DNA of 64,000 nt, from the IMG/VR virus record IMGVR_UViG_3300048834_000128, positions 11,879-75,878 of that record; one strand, given 5' to 3'. The notes under the pieces were generated by a model, which saw only the letters and a list, made by a program, of their open reading frames with translations, made no database searches and was not told the DNA's origin. A program made the translations under genes and the position numbers. Below are positions 31,134 to 43,726 of this stretch, one piece after another (positions within the stretch are counted from its first letter, which is position 1; every line of letters begins with the position of its first letter). Source of the stretch: a virus.

Positions 31134-34100
31134 TGCCAGAAGAATTACTCCCTCCACCACCACCTAAGAAAAGTCAGACAACTGATGTAGATAATAGTGG
31201 ATTGTTACCTCCCCCGCCGAAAAAAAAAAGTGGCATAGATACTTCCGAGTCTTTAAATACACCATCGGCATTTCCATCTACAAATAATCTACCATTTGGA
31301 GGGACTCTCCCGACATTTCAAAAGCCTATGGACAAGTATTCTGATCCATACGGAGGAGAAGATGCGCCACCTAAGAAAGTTCCTGAGAAACCTAAAAGCA
31401 CAGGAGGGTTTGTCAAACCATTACCTCCTACAAAAGACCCGAGACAGATTACTCAGGAAACCGAAATGTCAGATAACACCAAGGTCAAGCCGACCAAGGT
31501 AGATACGATACAATTTACAGAATATGAAGCGGTAAAAGGCGATGACGGCATAATGGTCATTAAACCTAAACCCGTAGTACCTGCCGCTACCGAACCTTCA
31601 TTGCCGCCCGAACAGGAAGCCTATCAGGGAACGGGAGAACCACCTTCATATCTTGCAGGTATAGGTCAGGGTGCAGTAAGTGGGGTAGGTCAGATGGTCA
31701 AGGGATTGGCAGGTCTGTTAGCGACTCAGAAGGTAATGACATTGCCTAACGGAGAAACCGTCACATATTCAGATAAGAAACTTTCAGACTACGCACTATA
31801 CAAGGTAGGGCAGACGATAGAAGACTTCGCAAAGGAGTATTTCCCGACAACAGAAGGTCAGAATGAGGAATTGTTAGGCAAACTTGCATCAGGTGCAGGA
31901 AGTATGATACCATTCATATTCGGAAGTGTTTTAGGAGGTGCATTTAAGATAAACGCCTATGTGACTCCTACATTGATGGGTTCGTTACAGAACGGGGCAT
32001 CTGAATATGAGTCTGCCATAGCAAACGGAGTTGACGAAGATACTGCATTGAAGGCTTTTTGGAGTGGTGCCGCCATTGGTTCACTCGAAGGATTGCCAAT
32101 AGGTCAGTGGGCTAAACGTCTTAATGGAAAGACAGGTGGACTTCTCGATGAAGCCATGAAGAAACGTATGAGAAATAAACTCGGAACTCCCGAAGCGGTT
32201 CTCGGTGCATTGGAAGAAGCAGGACAGGAAGCGTCAACCCAATTCCTTAATAACGTAAGTGCCATGAATATCTATGATGAAACACGAGGTCTTTGGGACG
32301 GAGTGGCTGAGTCAGGTATGCTCGGAGGTATATTGGGTGGAACTTTAAACGGAATAACATCGGTTCTTACTTCTAAATTAGAAGATCCGAATTTGACACC
32401 TGCCGAAAAGGTTCAGGTTCAGAAGTCATTGGATTATATGAATCAACAGGCTAAGAAACTCGAAGGAGTCGCTGCCGATGATTTGGTAAAGTTAAATGAC
32501 GATAGCGATTCGGTAAAGGAATTGAAGGTTCAGAAACAGGAACTTGAAATGGATATGGCGTCACCGGAAATAACTCCCGACGTCAAGGAACAGATATCCG
32601 CCAAGATAGAAGAAACGGATGCTCAGATAGCACAGGTCAAGCAGGAAGAATTACAGGCTGAATCAGCGATGGTTCAGACGGAAGGCGCCATTGCGGACTT
32701 GGAAGCGGAGAAAGCGGAGATTGAGAGTCAGATGTCAACGGCGACAACTGCCACTCAGGAGATATTGCAACCTCAGTTGGATGCGATAGTGTCTGACCTC
32801 GAATCATTAAGGGAGATAGTCCCGCAACAGGAGGTTACGGAACAGACGCAGACACCTGTAGGGGAAGCCAATATCCATGACTATATAAGCAGTCTTTCTC
32901 AAGACAACTATCTATTCTCTCACGTCACTACCGAAGGTAACGCAAGAAGTATAACCGAAGGGGGCATGAGCATATCTCCTGGCACAGGTATTTCAAGTAC
33001 ACTTTCTCAACTAGGAGCATCAAGTGTGAATGGGCAGATTACAAGACTGATGAATGGAGAGGTAGTACATAGGGATACGAACAACAATTCATTGGCCATT
33101 ATATCTGTACCGAAAGCGGAGATTGATGCGATGTCGGGGAAGGATGTAGCGGAGAAATTCGAGAATTGGTTGGCGGAGAACGGCCATATAAACAAGGAAG
33201 GTAAATATGCAATTCCGCAGGAATTTAACGCAGGATATTTAAGTGGAGATTCCTTCATAACAAACAAAGCAGCCCAAAACCAACAGAATAATGTCAAAGA
33301 AGAAACCAACGACCAAGGGCGGACGGAAGTGCTGACAGGTCAACAGGAAGACATGGGAGTGGCGGAAAGTGCTACTCCCGTTGTTGAAGATGTTTCCCTT
33401 ACAGATGAGGTGAACAATGTTGAAGGTGTTGCAGGACAAGGTGTTGAAGTGTCTGAAAAACCATACACCATGGATTACCCTGAATGGAAAGAGCAGGCGA
33501 GCAAAGGAAAGATGCACCGTGCAACAGGCATAACAACCGAAGAAGAGCGATCACTTGAATCTCCTATCGAAATCGGGGAGTATAATGGCTATTCCCCGCA
33601 AGATATCGCTCATTTTTATGATCGTCGTAGAGGCGGTGATATTGCAGGATATAGAGAGTATATAGTTGACGCTATTTATGCGGGCAAAGATGTGCCAGAC
33701 AAGATAATAGAAACTGTTTTTTCTGATAAGGCGATGGGTAAAATGAAAAAACTGAGAGACAAGAATGTAAAGAATAAACCAAAAATAACCAATGAAACGA
33801 ACACCACTGACGGAAAGAAAACTGCCGAAAAGCGTAATGCAAAAGGCGTACAAGAATCTGTACAACAGACTCCTGCTAAGAAAAAAATCAGACGCAAAGG
33901 AACCCCTATCCACCAAAGAAAAATAAAGGGCAAGAGATTACAGGCTGTAAATATCGAACCTCATACTTTGAGAGAGGAGATAATGCAGCGTATAATCGGT
34001 GGTGCACGGGTCATTCGTGAGGATATCGTCAAGATGCTCGGTAGTGAAACCGAAGCGAAGATAAAGATGAACCTTACCGCCAAGAAAGAGAACGGAGGTA

Positions 34101-37100
34101 AGACAATCGACCGACTTGCCGAAGAAATCACCGCAGAACAATACAATCGTGATGCCGACGGAAACGGAAGGTATTCCGAAGATGAGGTCAAGGCGGAACT
34201 GATGGAAGTCCTCAGAATGTATGACCATTATTCTGCAATGGCGGATGAGATAGTCGATTCAAGGGAACGCAGTGCCGAAATGGAAGCGGAAATGCTTACC
34301 ATGGATGCCGAAGAAGAACTTATCGCTGCATTGGGCAAGAATCCCGACATGGAGGCTGCCGATGCCGCATTGGATATCATGGAGATGTTCTCAGACGAGG
34401 AACTGACTCGGATGGCGGAAGAAAAGGACATGGCATTCTCCCCTGAGATTGAGGAAGAAATATCTGACATTGAATCGGATTGGACTCCATGGGATGATGT
34501 GCCCGAAACCCCCTCAACAACCGACAAATTAATCGACGCACTCGAAAAGGCAAAGATTGATACCAAGAACACCCTTAACGCATTCGGACTACTGCCTACC
34601 ACCTATAACGCTGCAATTGATATCGTCATAGCGGCAATCAAGGCAGGAAAGGCTATCTCGGTTGCAATCAAGGAAGCACTCGACTATATCAGGTCTACCA
34701 ACCCCGAAAACTTCGATGAGAAAGGATTCACCGATAAGATTCAAAGCGTGTTTGATAAGAACACCAAACCAAAGGAAGAAGTAAAGCCCGAACCTAAGCA
34801 AGAGAAGGAAGAAAAACCTAAGACACGTGAGAAATCATTGTTCAAGAGGGCATTTGAAGGAACTACCAACTCAAGGATGAAGCAACTCATTTCCGAACAT
34901 GGGCTTGATTACGAGATAGAATCGCACGATAGGGCACAAAAGGCCGCTAAAGACTTTGTTAATGAAGTCGGACCTGACGCTGCATTGGATGCCGTAAGAA
35001 AGAACATGATTGAAGATGGTGCTGCAGCATTCGTTTGGGCGGAAATCATTGATAAGGTTGAGGTCGAACTTCAATCCGCTACCGACCCTGACGAAATATC
35101 AAGATTGCAGGAGTATCAACGTGATTTGCTCAGTGAGTTCGATAGAAAGGCTCGTTCGGGAGGTAGATTCATAAGTGCATTGCAAAGGATTTACAGGGAT
35201 TCGCTATTCAATTACAAGGCGGATACTCAGATTCAGAGGTATAAGGATATGAACAACGGAGTCATTCCTGCCGAAATAGAACAGAAGTTCAAAGACCTTG
35301 AAACTAAACTTAAAGAGGTCAATGAGAAACTCAAGGAAACCGAAGCGAAACTCGAAGAGGAACGTGAGAAACAGGCTATTGCCGACATAAAGGAAAGTGT
35401 TGAACGTGAAGCCAAGACCAAACCATCGGTAAAGAAGGCTGCAAAGCGTATCGCAGACAAGATAAGGGAGGGTAAGACCAACCGCCCCGACATATTCATG
35501 TCAAGCAGTCCTGCCGCTATCGTATGGAACGGGGCATTGGAAGTTGCCGCCAAGGCGGTAGAAGCGGGAGGCAGTATTGCCGAAGCCTTGCAGAAAGGAC
35601 TCGAACATATCAGAAACTCCGATTGGTATAAGAACCTTTCAGACGATACCAAGAAGTCGGCAGAGAAGGGGTTCAGAGACCATATCAACGAAACCAATCC
35701 TAAGAACACCCAAGTTGAAGTCGTAGGAGATAAGATTAGAATACCGCACGAACTTATCAGACAGAAAGTTGCCGATGGTATCACCGATCCGAACCAGCTC
35801 GCACAATCAGTATTAGACGAAATAAAGTCGGAATATCCCGATTTGACCATTCGTCAGGTTCGTGACGCCATATCAAAGTATGGAAGACAGGTAAATATGT
35901 CCAAAGAGGATATTGAAGTCAAGATACGGAAGATAAAGCGTCTGCAAAAAGCCATTTCGCAATTGGAGGATATCGCACAAGGCAAGAGACCATTGAGAAG
36001 CGGACTCCAAAGAGACCCGCTTGATGCCGAAGAACGTGCCATTCAGAAAGAGGTCAAGGAACGGATGAAGGAACTCCCTGCCGATGAAGAAACCGCAGCA
36101 AGAGAACTCAAGACCGCACTCGATGCAGTCAAGTCAAGGCTTAAGAACGCAATCGAAGATATCCAAAGGGAGATTGATACACGTGCCAAATCACCGAAGA
36201 AAGGAACGATAGAATACGACCAGGAAGCCAAAGACCTTGCTGCCGAACGTGACAGATTGAAAGCATTGAGGGATGAGATTCTCGGACCTAAGACTCTAAC
36301 CGAAGAACAGATGATTGACCGTGCTATCAAGGGACTTGACAGAAGTATCCGAGAAATGCAGCGTCAGATAGCGGAAGAAGATGTCGCCCCTAAGAGCAAG
36401 ACTCAGGTAACTTCTCCCGAGATAGAGGAAAGACGTGCAAGGAAACGATTGCTTGCCGCTCAACTAAAGACCATGAGAGAGGAATTGGGTATCACTCAAG
36501 CCCGACAACTTGCCAACGCCAAGAAACGTGCTCAAGCACAGATTGACGAACTGCAAAGAAGATTGGACGATAGGGATTTCAGCAAGAAGACCAAGAAACA
36601 ATCGCCTACCGACCAAGAACTTAATGATTTGAGGGCGGAGAAAGTGCGTATCCAACAGGAGTATGATAAGGAGCAATATAAGAATGAACTGAAGAATAGG
36701 GCGCTATGGCAAAAAATCATAGATGGTTTAATTGAAATTATAAACCTGCCGAGGGCTGCAAGGGCAACTGCAGAATTTTCTCCCGTATTGATTCAGGGAG
36801 GTATTCAGACAGTCAGTCAACTCGTCAGAAATCCTATGTCTGTAATGAGAGCATTTAAACGATTGGGGTTAAACTTCGTTTCAGAAAGTAAAGCAGAAAG
36901 ATGGATGGATAGATTGGTGGCAAGTTCGGAGTACCCCGTAATGGAACAGGCAGGTCTTTCAATAACTAAGACCGATGCAAAGATGACCGCAAGGGAGGAA
37001 CTATATTTGAGTGGGCTTCTTACTCACATGTGGAACGCAATGGGATTGCCATTGAAGGCATTGGGTAAAAAACCTTATGAGATATGGAAGGCGGCCAATC

Positions 37101-38035
37101 TACCCGCCGCATTTGAACGTGCAGGAACGGGTTATCTTAACGTGCTAAGGGTTGAAAGATTTTTGCAGGGAATGAGGATGCTCGAAATGCAGGGTAAGAA
37201 TCCACAGGACAATCCGCAGGACTACAAAGCTTTGGCAAAAGTAATAAACACATTGACAGGTCGTACCTCTTTAGGTAGGGCAGAGATGATGTCGAAGGTA
37301 TTGTCAATAGCATTGTTCTCCCCTCGAAACTATGCTTCGGTAGTTAAGCAGACATTATTATTACCACTCCTTGCAGAAGGCAGAAACAAGGACGGCACAA
37401 TGAAGCCATCGGTTGCTCAGAAGATTGCAATGACCGACTTCATTACCTACATGGGCATTATGACATCAATCATAGCAATGGTTAAATTCGCATACGAAGA
37501 CGATGATGACCCCGACGCACCGAAAGTAAACACCGACCCGAGAAGCAGTCAGTTCATGACCATAAGGACAGGAAACACGGTAGTAGACCCTTGGCATGGT
37601 ATGAAGCAGTACGTGGTATTGGCATCAAGACTCATCTCAGGTTCAACGGTAACAGGCAAAGGCGAAGTCAAGGAACTCGGCTCAGGTCCATACGTTCCTA
37701 CAGAGGGTAAACTGCTATACAACACCTTATTCAAGTACAAACTATCTCCTACCGCTTCAATGGTGGAGAAATACCTTTCCGCCCCACGGAAGAAAGACGA
37801 GAAAGGTGAATATGTCAAGGTTGACGAGTTTTCTAAGGAACCTATAAATGTCCTCGATATGACCACATCAAACCTCTATCCTATCTATTGGGAAACCCTA
37901 ATGGAAGTAAACAAGGACAGACCTGCCGACGTTGCATTATTCCTTAATGCACTCGCCTTCTGGGGTATCGGTACTCAGACATACGAACAACAGGTTAAGA
38001 AGAAAAAAACTACCGAATACAAGAAAGTGGACTAA
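31133..38035 (+). CDS. Giant (2300 aa) ejection/polyvalent protein
   Basis: Gly/Ala-rich hydrophobic helices, long coiled coils and inserted domains; no RNAP DxDGD motif seen. Confidence 0.7.
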   Translation: MPEELLPPPPPKKSQTTDVDNSGLLPPPPKKKSGIDTSESLNTPSAFPSTNNLPFGGTLPTFQKPMDKYSDPYGGEDAPPKKVPEKPKSTGGFVKPLPPTKDPRQITQETEMSDNTKVKPTKVDTIQFTEYEAVKGDDGIMVIKPKPVVPAATEPSLPPEQEAYQGTGEPPSYLAGIGQGAVSGVGQMVKGLAGLLATQKVMTLPNGETVTYSDKKLSDYALYKVGQTIEDFAKEYFPTTEGQNEELLGKLASGAGSMIPFIFGSVLGGAFKINAYVTPTLMGSLQNGASEYESAIANGVDEDTALKAFWSGAAIGSLEGLPIGQWAKRLNGKTGGLLDEAMKKRMRNKLGTPEAVLGALEEAGQEASTQFLNNVSAMNIYDETRGLWDGVAESGMLGGILGGTLNGITSVLTSKLEDPNLTPAEKVQVQKSLDYMNQQAKKLEGVAADDLVKLNDDSDSVKELKVQKQELEMDMASPEITPDVKEQISAKIEETDAQIAQVKQEELQAESAMVQTEGAIADLEAEKAEIESQMSTATTATQEILQPQLDAIVSDLESLREIVPQQEVTEQTQTPVGEANIHDYISSLSQDNYLFSHVTTEGNARSITEGGMSISPGTGISSTLSQLGASSVNGQITRLMNGEVVHRDTNNNSLAIISVPKAEIDAMSGKDVAEKFENWLAENGHINKEGKYAIPQEFNAGYLSGDSFITNKAAQNQQNNVKEETNDQGRTEVLTGQQEDMGVAESATPVVEDVSLTDEVNNVEGVAGQGVEVSEKPYTMDYPEWKEQASKGKMHRATGITTEEERSLESPIEIGEYNGYSPQDIAHFYDRRRGGDIAGYREYIVDAIYAGKDVPDKIIETVFSDKAMGKMKKLRDKNVKNKPKITNETNTTDGKKTAEKRNAKGVQESVQQTPAKKKIRRKGTPIHQRKIKGKRLQAVNIEPHTLREEIMQRIIGGARVIREDIVKMLGSETEAKIKMNLTAKKENGGKTIDRLAEEITAEQYNRDADGNGRYSEDEVKAELMEVLRMYDHYSAMADEIVDSRERSAEMEAEMLTMDAEEELIAALGKNPDMEAADAALDIMEMFSDEELTRMAEEKDMAFSPEIEEEISDIESDWTPWDDVPETPSTTDKLIDALEKAKIDTKNTLNAFGLLPTTYNAAIDIVIAAIKAGKAISVAIKEALDYIRSTNPENFDEKGFTDKIQSVFDKNTKPKEEVKPEPKQEKEEKPKTREKSLFKRAFEGTTNSRMKQLISEHGLDYEIESHDRAQKAAKDFVNEVGPDAALDAVRKNMIEDGAAAFVWAEIIDKVEVELQSATDPDEISRLQEYQRDLLSEFDRKARSGGRFISALQRIYRDSLFNYKADTQIQRYKDMNNGVIPAEIEQKFKDLETKLKEVNEKLKETEAKLEEEREKQAIADIKESVEREAKTKPSVKKAAKRIADKIREGKTNRPDIFMSSSPAAIVWNGALEVAAKAVEAGGSIAEALQKGLEHIRNSDWYKNLSDDTKKSAEKGFRDHINETNPKNTQVEVVGDKIRIPHELIRQKVADGITDPNQLAQSVLDEIKSEYPDLTIRQVRDAISKYGRQVNMSKEDIEVKIRKIKRLQKAISQLEDIAQGKRPLRSGLQRDPLDAEERAIQKEVKERMKELPADEETAARELKTALDAVKSRLKNAIEDIQREIDTRAKSPKKGTIEYDQEAKDLAAERDRLKALRDEILGPKTLTEEQMIDRAIKGLDRSIREMQRQIAEEDVAPKSKTQVTSPEIEERRARKRLLAAQLKTMREELGITQARQLANAKKRAQAQIDELQRRLDDRDFSKKTKKQSPTDQELNDLRAEKVRIQQEYDKEQYKNELKNRALWQKIIDGLIEIINLPRAARATAEFSPVLIQGGIQTVSQLVRNPMSVMRAFKRLGLNFVSESKAERWMDRLVASSEYPVMEQAGLSITKTDAKMTAREELYLSGLLTHMWNAMGLPLKALGKKPYEIWKAANLPAAFERAGTGYLNVLRVERFLQGMRMLEMQGKNPQDNPQDYKALAKVINTLTGRTSLGRAEMMSKVLSIALFSPRNYASVVKQTLLLPLLAEGRNKDGTMKPSVAQKIAMTDFITYMGIMTSIIAMVKFAYEDDDDPDAPKVNTDPRSSQFMTIRTGNTVVDPWHGMKQYVVLASRLISGSTVTGKGEVKELGSGPYVPTEGKLLYNTLFKYKLSPTASMVEKYLSAPRKKDEKGEYVKVDEFSKEPINVLDMTTSNLYPIYWETLMEVNKDRPADVALFLNALAFWGIGTQTYEQQVKKKKTTEYKKVD

Positions 38036-38064
38036 AAACAACAGACGACAAACAAACAAAATAA

Positions 38065-40296
<2,232 letters not shown>

Positions 40297-40298
40297 TT

Positions 40299-40850
40299 AT
40301 GGCAACATTCGGCAAAACGGCAATAGGAGGAACCACGGGAGGTACATTTACGGACCAATCCTATGTGGGAACATGGTTTACCGCACCAGAAGACGGAACG
40401 ATAACCAAGATTTGGTTCTATGCACAGGTTCCCTTTGCAGGGTCTCCCGTGGACTTCAAGACCGCTATATATAGCAGGTCGAGCAATCTACCTCTGACAT
40501 TATTGGCATCAAGTGCGGGAGTGGGGAGTATTCCATTGGCGTTCGCTTGGGCGTCATGTGACATAAGTTATGTGATGACAAACGGGGAGGAACTCTTTCT
40601 TTCGGCATGGGTCAATGATGCCTATGACATAAAGTATGATTCGGGAACCACCGACCAATCGTTCGAGAAGTACAATCAGACATACCCGACATGGATTACA
40701 CCTATCAACACGGGAGCGGATTTCAACGCCTATACCACGGAAGTGTCAATCTATGCGGAATACACTCCTGCAGGACCACCATCCCCGTTCGGAACACCTT
40801 CCATAAGAGGGATACAGGTAATCAAAGGAATACAAGCAATCAAATTTTAA
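40299..40850 (+). CDS. Putative virion appendage protein
   Basis: Beta-rich; DGTITKIWFY motif; in the fibre operon. Confidence 0.5.
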   Translation: MATFGKTAIGGTTGGTFTDQSYVGTWFTAPEDGTITKIWFYAQVPFAGSPVDFKTAIYSRSSNLPLTLLASSAGVGSIPLAFAWASCDISYVMTNGEELFLSAWVNDAYDIKYDSGTTDQSFEKYNQTYPTWITPINTGADFNAYTTEVSIYAEYTPAGPPSPFGTPSIRGIQVIKGIQAIKF

Positions 40851-40851
40851 T

Positions 40852-41445
40852 ATGGGAACAAAAAACGCATTAGATATCAGTGTTACAAGACAATCCGTAC
40901 CGAGTTCAATAACAAGGGCGGGTTCGGCAGACGGACTTTGGCCCGTAGAAATGATTTCGGTACTTCAATCGGATTTTACACTGAGTGCCGCATCGGGAGT
41001 GCAGACCGCATTCTCGTCGGGGCAAGACGTAATCACATTGGAAGGGTCCACTACCTATGAGTTTTGGGGTCAGTTCGACATCACCTGCGGAACTACAACG
41101 CATACTACGGCAATAGCATGGCTCGCAGGGTCGGGGCTTACGATAAATTGGATAAACTATCAGACAAGGGCGTGGAACTCCGTTGCCAATACGGTTGCCA
41201 CCGCTACTCAGGGTACATGGATTGACAGGCTTGCATCAACGGTAGTGACATCGACGGCTACGACGGCAGGTAATCATATAATGTTCAGAGGATTCATAAA
41301 TGTAAATGCAGGCGGAACACTGACTCCTCAGATAGCCTTTTCTGCCAATCCAACGGGAACCAACCTCATGAAGGCGGGCAGTTTCTTCGCATTCAAACCC
41401 GTAGGAACTAATACAGTTACCGTTACATCACCTTCAATAGCGTAA
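40852..41445 (+). CDS. Putative virion appendage protein (C1q/BclA-C-like fold possible)
   Basis: T/S/A-rich beta sandwich pattern. Confidence 0.45.
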   Translation: MGTKNALDISVTRQSVPSSITRAGSADGLWPVEMISVLQSDFTLSAASGVQTAFSSGQDVITLEGSTTYEFWGQFDITCGTTTHTTAIAWLAGSGLTINWINYQTRAWNSVANTVATATQGTWIDRLASTVVTSTATTAGNHIMFRGFINVNAGGTLTPQIAFSANPTGTNLMKAGSFFAFKPVGTNTVTVTSPSIA

Positions 41446-43706
41446 TGAGAGGCATCTTTTCCATAATAGGGGCGAATGCAGGGAGTGCGACTCCACCCGA
41501 CCCCGACACCTATACATTGAGTGCCGAATCGACGACAAGTGCGGGAGTGTATAAGGACGGGGACTTGGTAAGGACTCTTTGGAGTAATGTGGTGCAGGGT
41601 GCGGGAACGTATGCCAAACCTACTTGGGATGGGGATGATGACAACGGCAATCCCGTTACATTACCTGCCACAATAACGGTTATGGCGAACCGAATGACCT
41701 ACCAATGGCATGCAGGTATCGGAAATACAAGTACCGAAACGGAAGGACCTAACAAGATACGTGCATTAAGGCAGGTATGGGATTCTGTCACTTACGGGGA
41801 TTATCTTTATAATGTGACGGGATTCGTAGAGGGCAATTCACCGATATTCAAAGTTGATTACACTACCGACATCAACTACATGATACCCGTTCTACCGACC
41901 TCTAACCATGACGTGGTGTTTGAAATCAACTATCTATGCAGGGACGCTTCAAAGATGTATTTTGCAGGATTCGACGCATACGGATATCTTGCCGCAAATG
42001 CAATAGACTCATGTATCTATGCGATAGAACTGCCTTCGGAAGCAAAGTTCACATTCTCGTCAGGCACGACCGTCCAGCCCGCACTTGCAGACGAAACATT
42101 CAGTTGTACGGCACTCGTATATGACGATTCGACCGCAAGAATAACGGGCATGGCGGTACATCAGACGGGTGCGTTTCTCTACATAACGAGGGGTGCTCAA
42201 AACAGACTCGAACTTTATAATAAGAATACGGGAGGAGGAGGTTCGCTAATCAACTCGACTCCCATGACAGACCTTTCCATTGACGGAAATGTACTTTGGG
42301 CTATAAGCGGAAGCGACATTATCAAATGGAATATCAATGCACTTAACGGACTTATAACTTCGGCAGGAGTCACCATTTCGGCAACCAATCCCACAAGGAT
42401 ACATGCTTCGGGAGGTAACGTATATGTTATTGAAGCGGACACCATGCAGGTCAAGGCATACAATTCTTCAGGAGTGCTTCAATGGACATTCGGGCAGTCG
42501 GGAGGTTATACCAACGCACCATTGGCAGCAGATGACAAGTTCCACTTCATAGATTCGGTAGACCTGTTTGCAAGGGGAGTCATTACCACAGATTCGTCAA
42601 GCGGAGATATTTGGATTGGAGACACAGGCAATAACCGAATGATGAGATACGATTCGTCAAGGACATTGCTCGATAGTTTCTCATACCTGCCTATGAATTA
42701 CAATGCTGCTGCCGACATTAACGACGGGCAGAGGGTATTTGCCTTGTTTCAGGAGTTTGACGGCATTACCGAAGAGTTCGTCGCCAATTGGGAAGCCAAC
42801 CTTTGGGCACAGGTGGACCCTACCGACTACATTCAGATGGACAGGCGTAACGTATTCAGGAACACTTGGACAATCGACGGGCATACCTTCGCTACGATAG
42901 ACAATTATTCGGATGGCGGAGGGCTGAGGTTCCCCGAAGTGGTGGAACTTACAAGCACGGGCATAAGACTCACGGGAATAAATTGGGATTACTTCTCAAT
43001 GGATATCGTCGAACAGAACGGAGATATAATCAGTTTCCCTTACAATGAATCGACGTCAGGAACTCAGAACCTTACAAGACAGGTCTACACGGGATTGGAT
43101 GGCAGCGATAATCCTCAATGGAACGCACCGACCACCATATCTTCCGTGCCACTTGCATTAGATACTCCGACTTGGAGTAACGGGTCAAGACCTTCTTCTA
43201 AGGGAGTCATACTCTCACCTGCTTGGCAGAACGGAGGCAGACACTTCGGTAGATATGCCGACGGATCGTGGAAATGGATGGTAGGCCCGAGTACTGCCGA
43301 AAGTTATTCAGGACCATGGTTGACTGACGGAACATTCGATTGCGGCAATGACATTCCTGCGTTCGGAGGTTATGCAGGTTGGGATAGGTATGCTTGTGAC
43401 GACATGGAAGTATGGAACTACATCGGGGAAGGTTGGAAACAGAATCAGGTAAACAAGTGGACATTGTACCACGACACGGGACTCATGCTTATGCAATTGG
43501 GCAAGACAGGTCCCGAAGCACAGATAGATTCAGGAACAGACGAAGCACCTGCACAGGCGGCAGGAAATGCGATTGCAGGTCGATTTGTCAAGATAGGCAC
43601 TAAATATTATATCTTTCATTGCGACGAATCAAGGCATGGAGCGGTTCACAGGTTCGAGATAGACGGATATTCTACCATTCAGACGTTCGATTTTGTAGAG
43701 ACATAA
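41445..43706 (+). CDS. FlgD-Ig-like plus beta-propeller (NHL-like) protein
   Basis: SAGVYKDGDLVRTLW...WDGDDDNG; IWIGDTGNNRMMRY. Confidence 0.7.
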   Translation: MRGIFSIIGANAGSATPPDPDTYTLSAESTTSAGVYKDGDLVRTLWSNVVQGAGTYAKPTWDGDDDNGNPVTLPATITVMANRMTYQWHAGIGNTSTETEGPNKIRALRQVWDSVTYGDYLYNVTGFVEGNSPIFKVDYTTDINYMIPVLPTSNHDVVFEINYLCRDASKMYFAGFDAYGYLAANAIDSCIYAIELPSEAKFTFSSGTTVQPALADETFSCTALVYDDSTARITGMAVHQTGAFLYITRGAQNRLELYNKNTGGGGSLINSTPMTDLSIDGNVLWAISGSDIIKWNINALNGLITSAGVTISATNPTRIHASGGNVYVIEADTMQVKAYNSSGVLQWTFGQSGGYTNAPLAADDKFHFIDSVDLFARGVITTDSSSGDIWIGDTGNNRMMRYDSSRTLLDSFSYLPMNYNAAADINDGQRVFALFQEFDGITEEFVANWEANLWAQVDPTDYIQMDRRNVFRNTWTIDGHTFATIDNYSDGGGLRFPEVVELTSTGIRLTGINWDYFSMDIVEQNGDIISFPYNESTSGTQNLTRQVYTGLDGSDNPQWNAPTTISSVPLALDTPTWSNGSRPSSKGVILSPAWQNGGRHFGRYADGSWKWMVGPSTAESYSGPWLTDGTFDCGNDIPAFGGYAGWDRYACDDMEVWNYIGEGWKQNQVNKWTLYHDTGLMLMQLGKTGPEAQIDSGTDEAPAQAAGNAIAGRFVKIGTKYYIFHCDESRHGAVHRFEIDGYSTIQTFDFVET

Positions 43707-43722
43707 TATTGTCATACATTTG
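43692..43722 (+). promoter_or_regulatory. sigmaA-type promoter, leaderless transcript
   Basis: TTTG-N19-TACATTTG; ATG 5 nt downstream. Confidence 0.7.
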
Positions 43723-43726
43723 AGGC

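Noticed and set aside
38036-38064. Eighth late promoter (AAACAAC)
   Set aside because: No TAnnTTTG at the 16-nt spacing.
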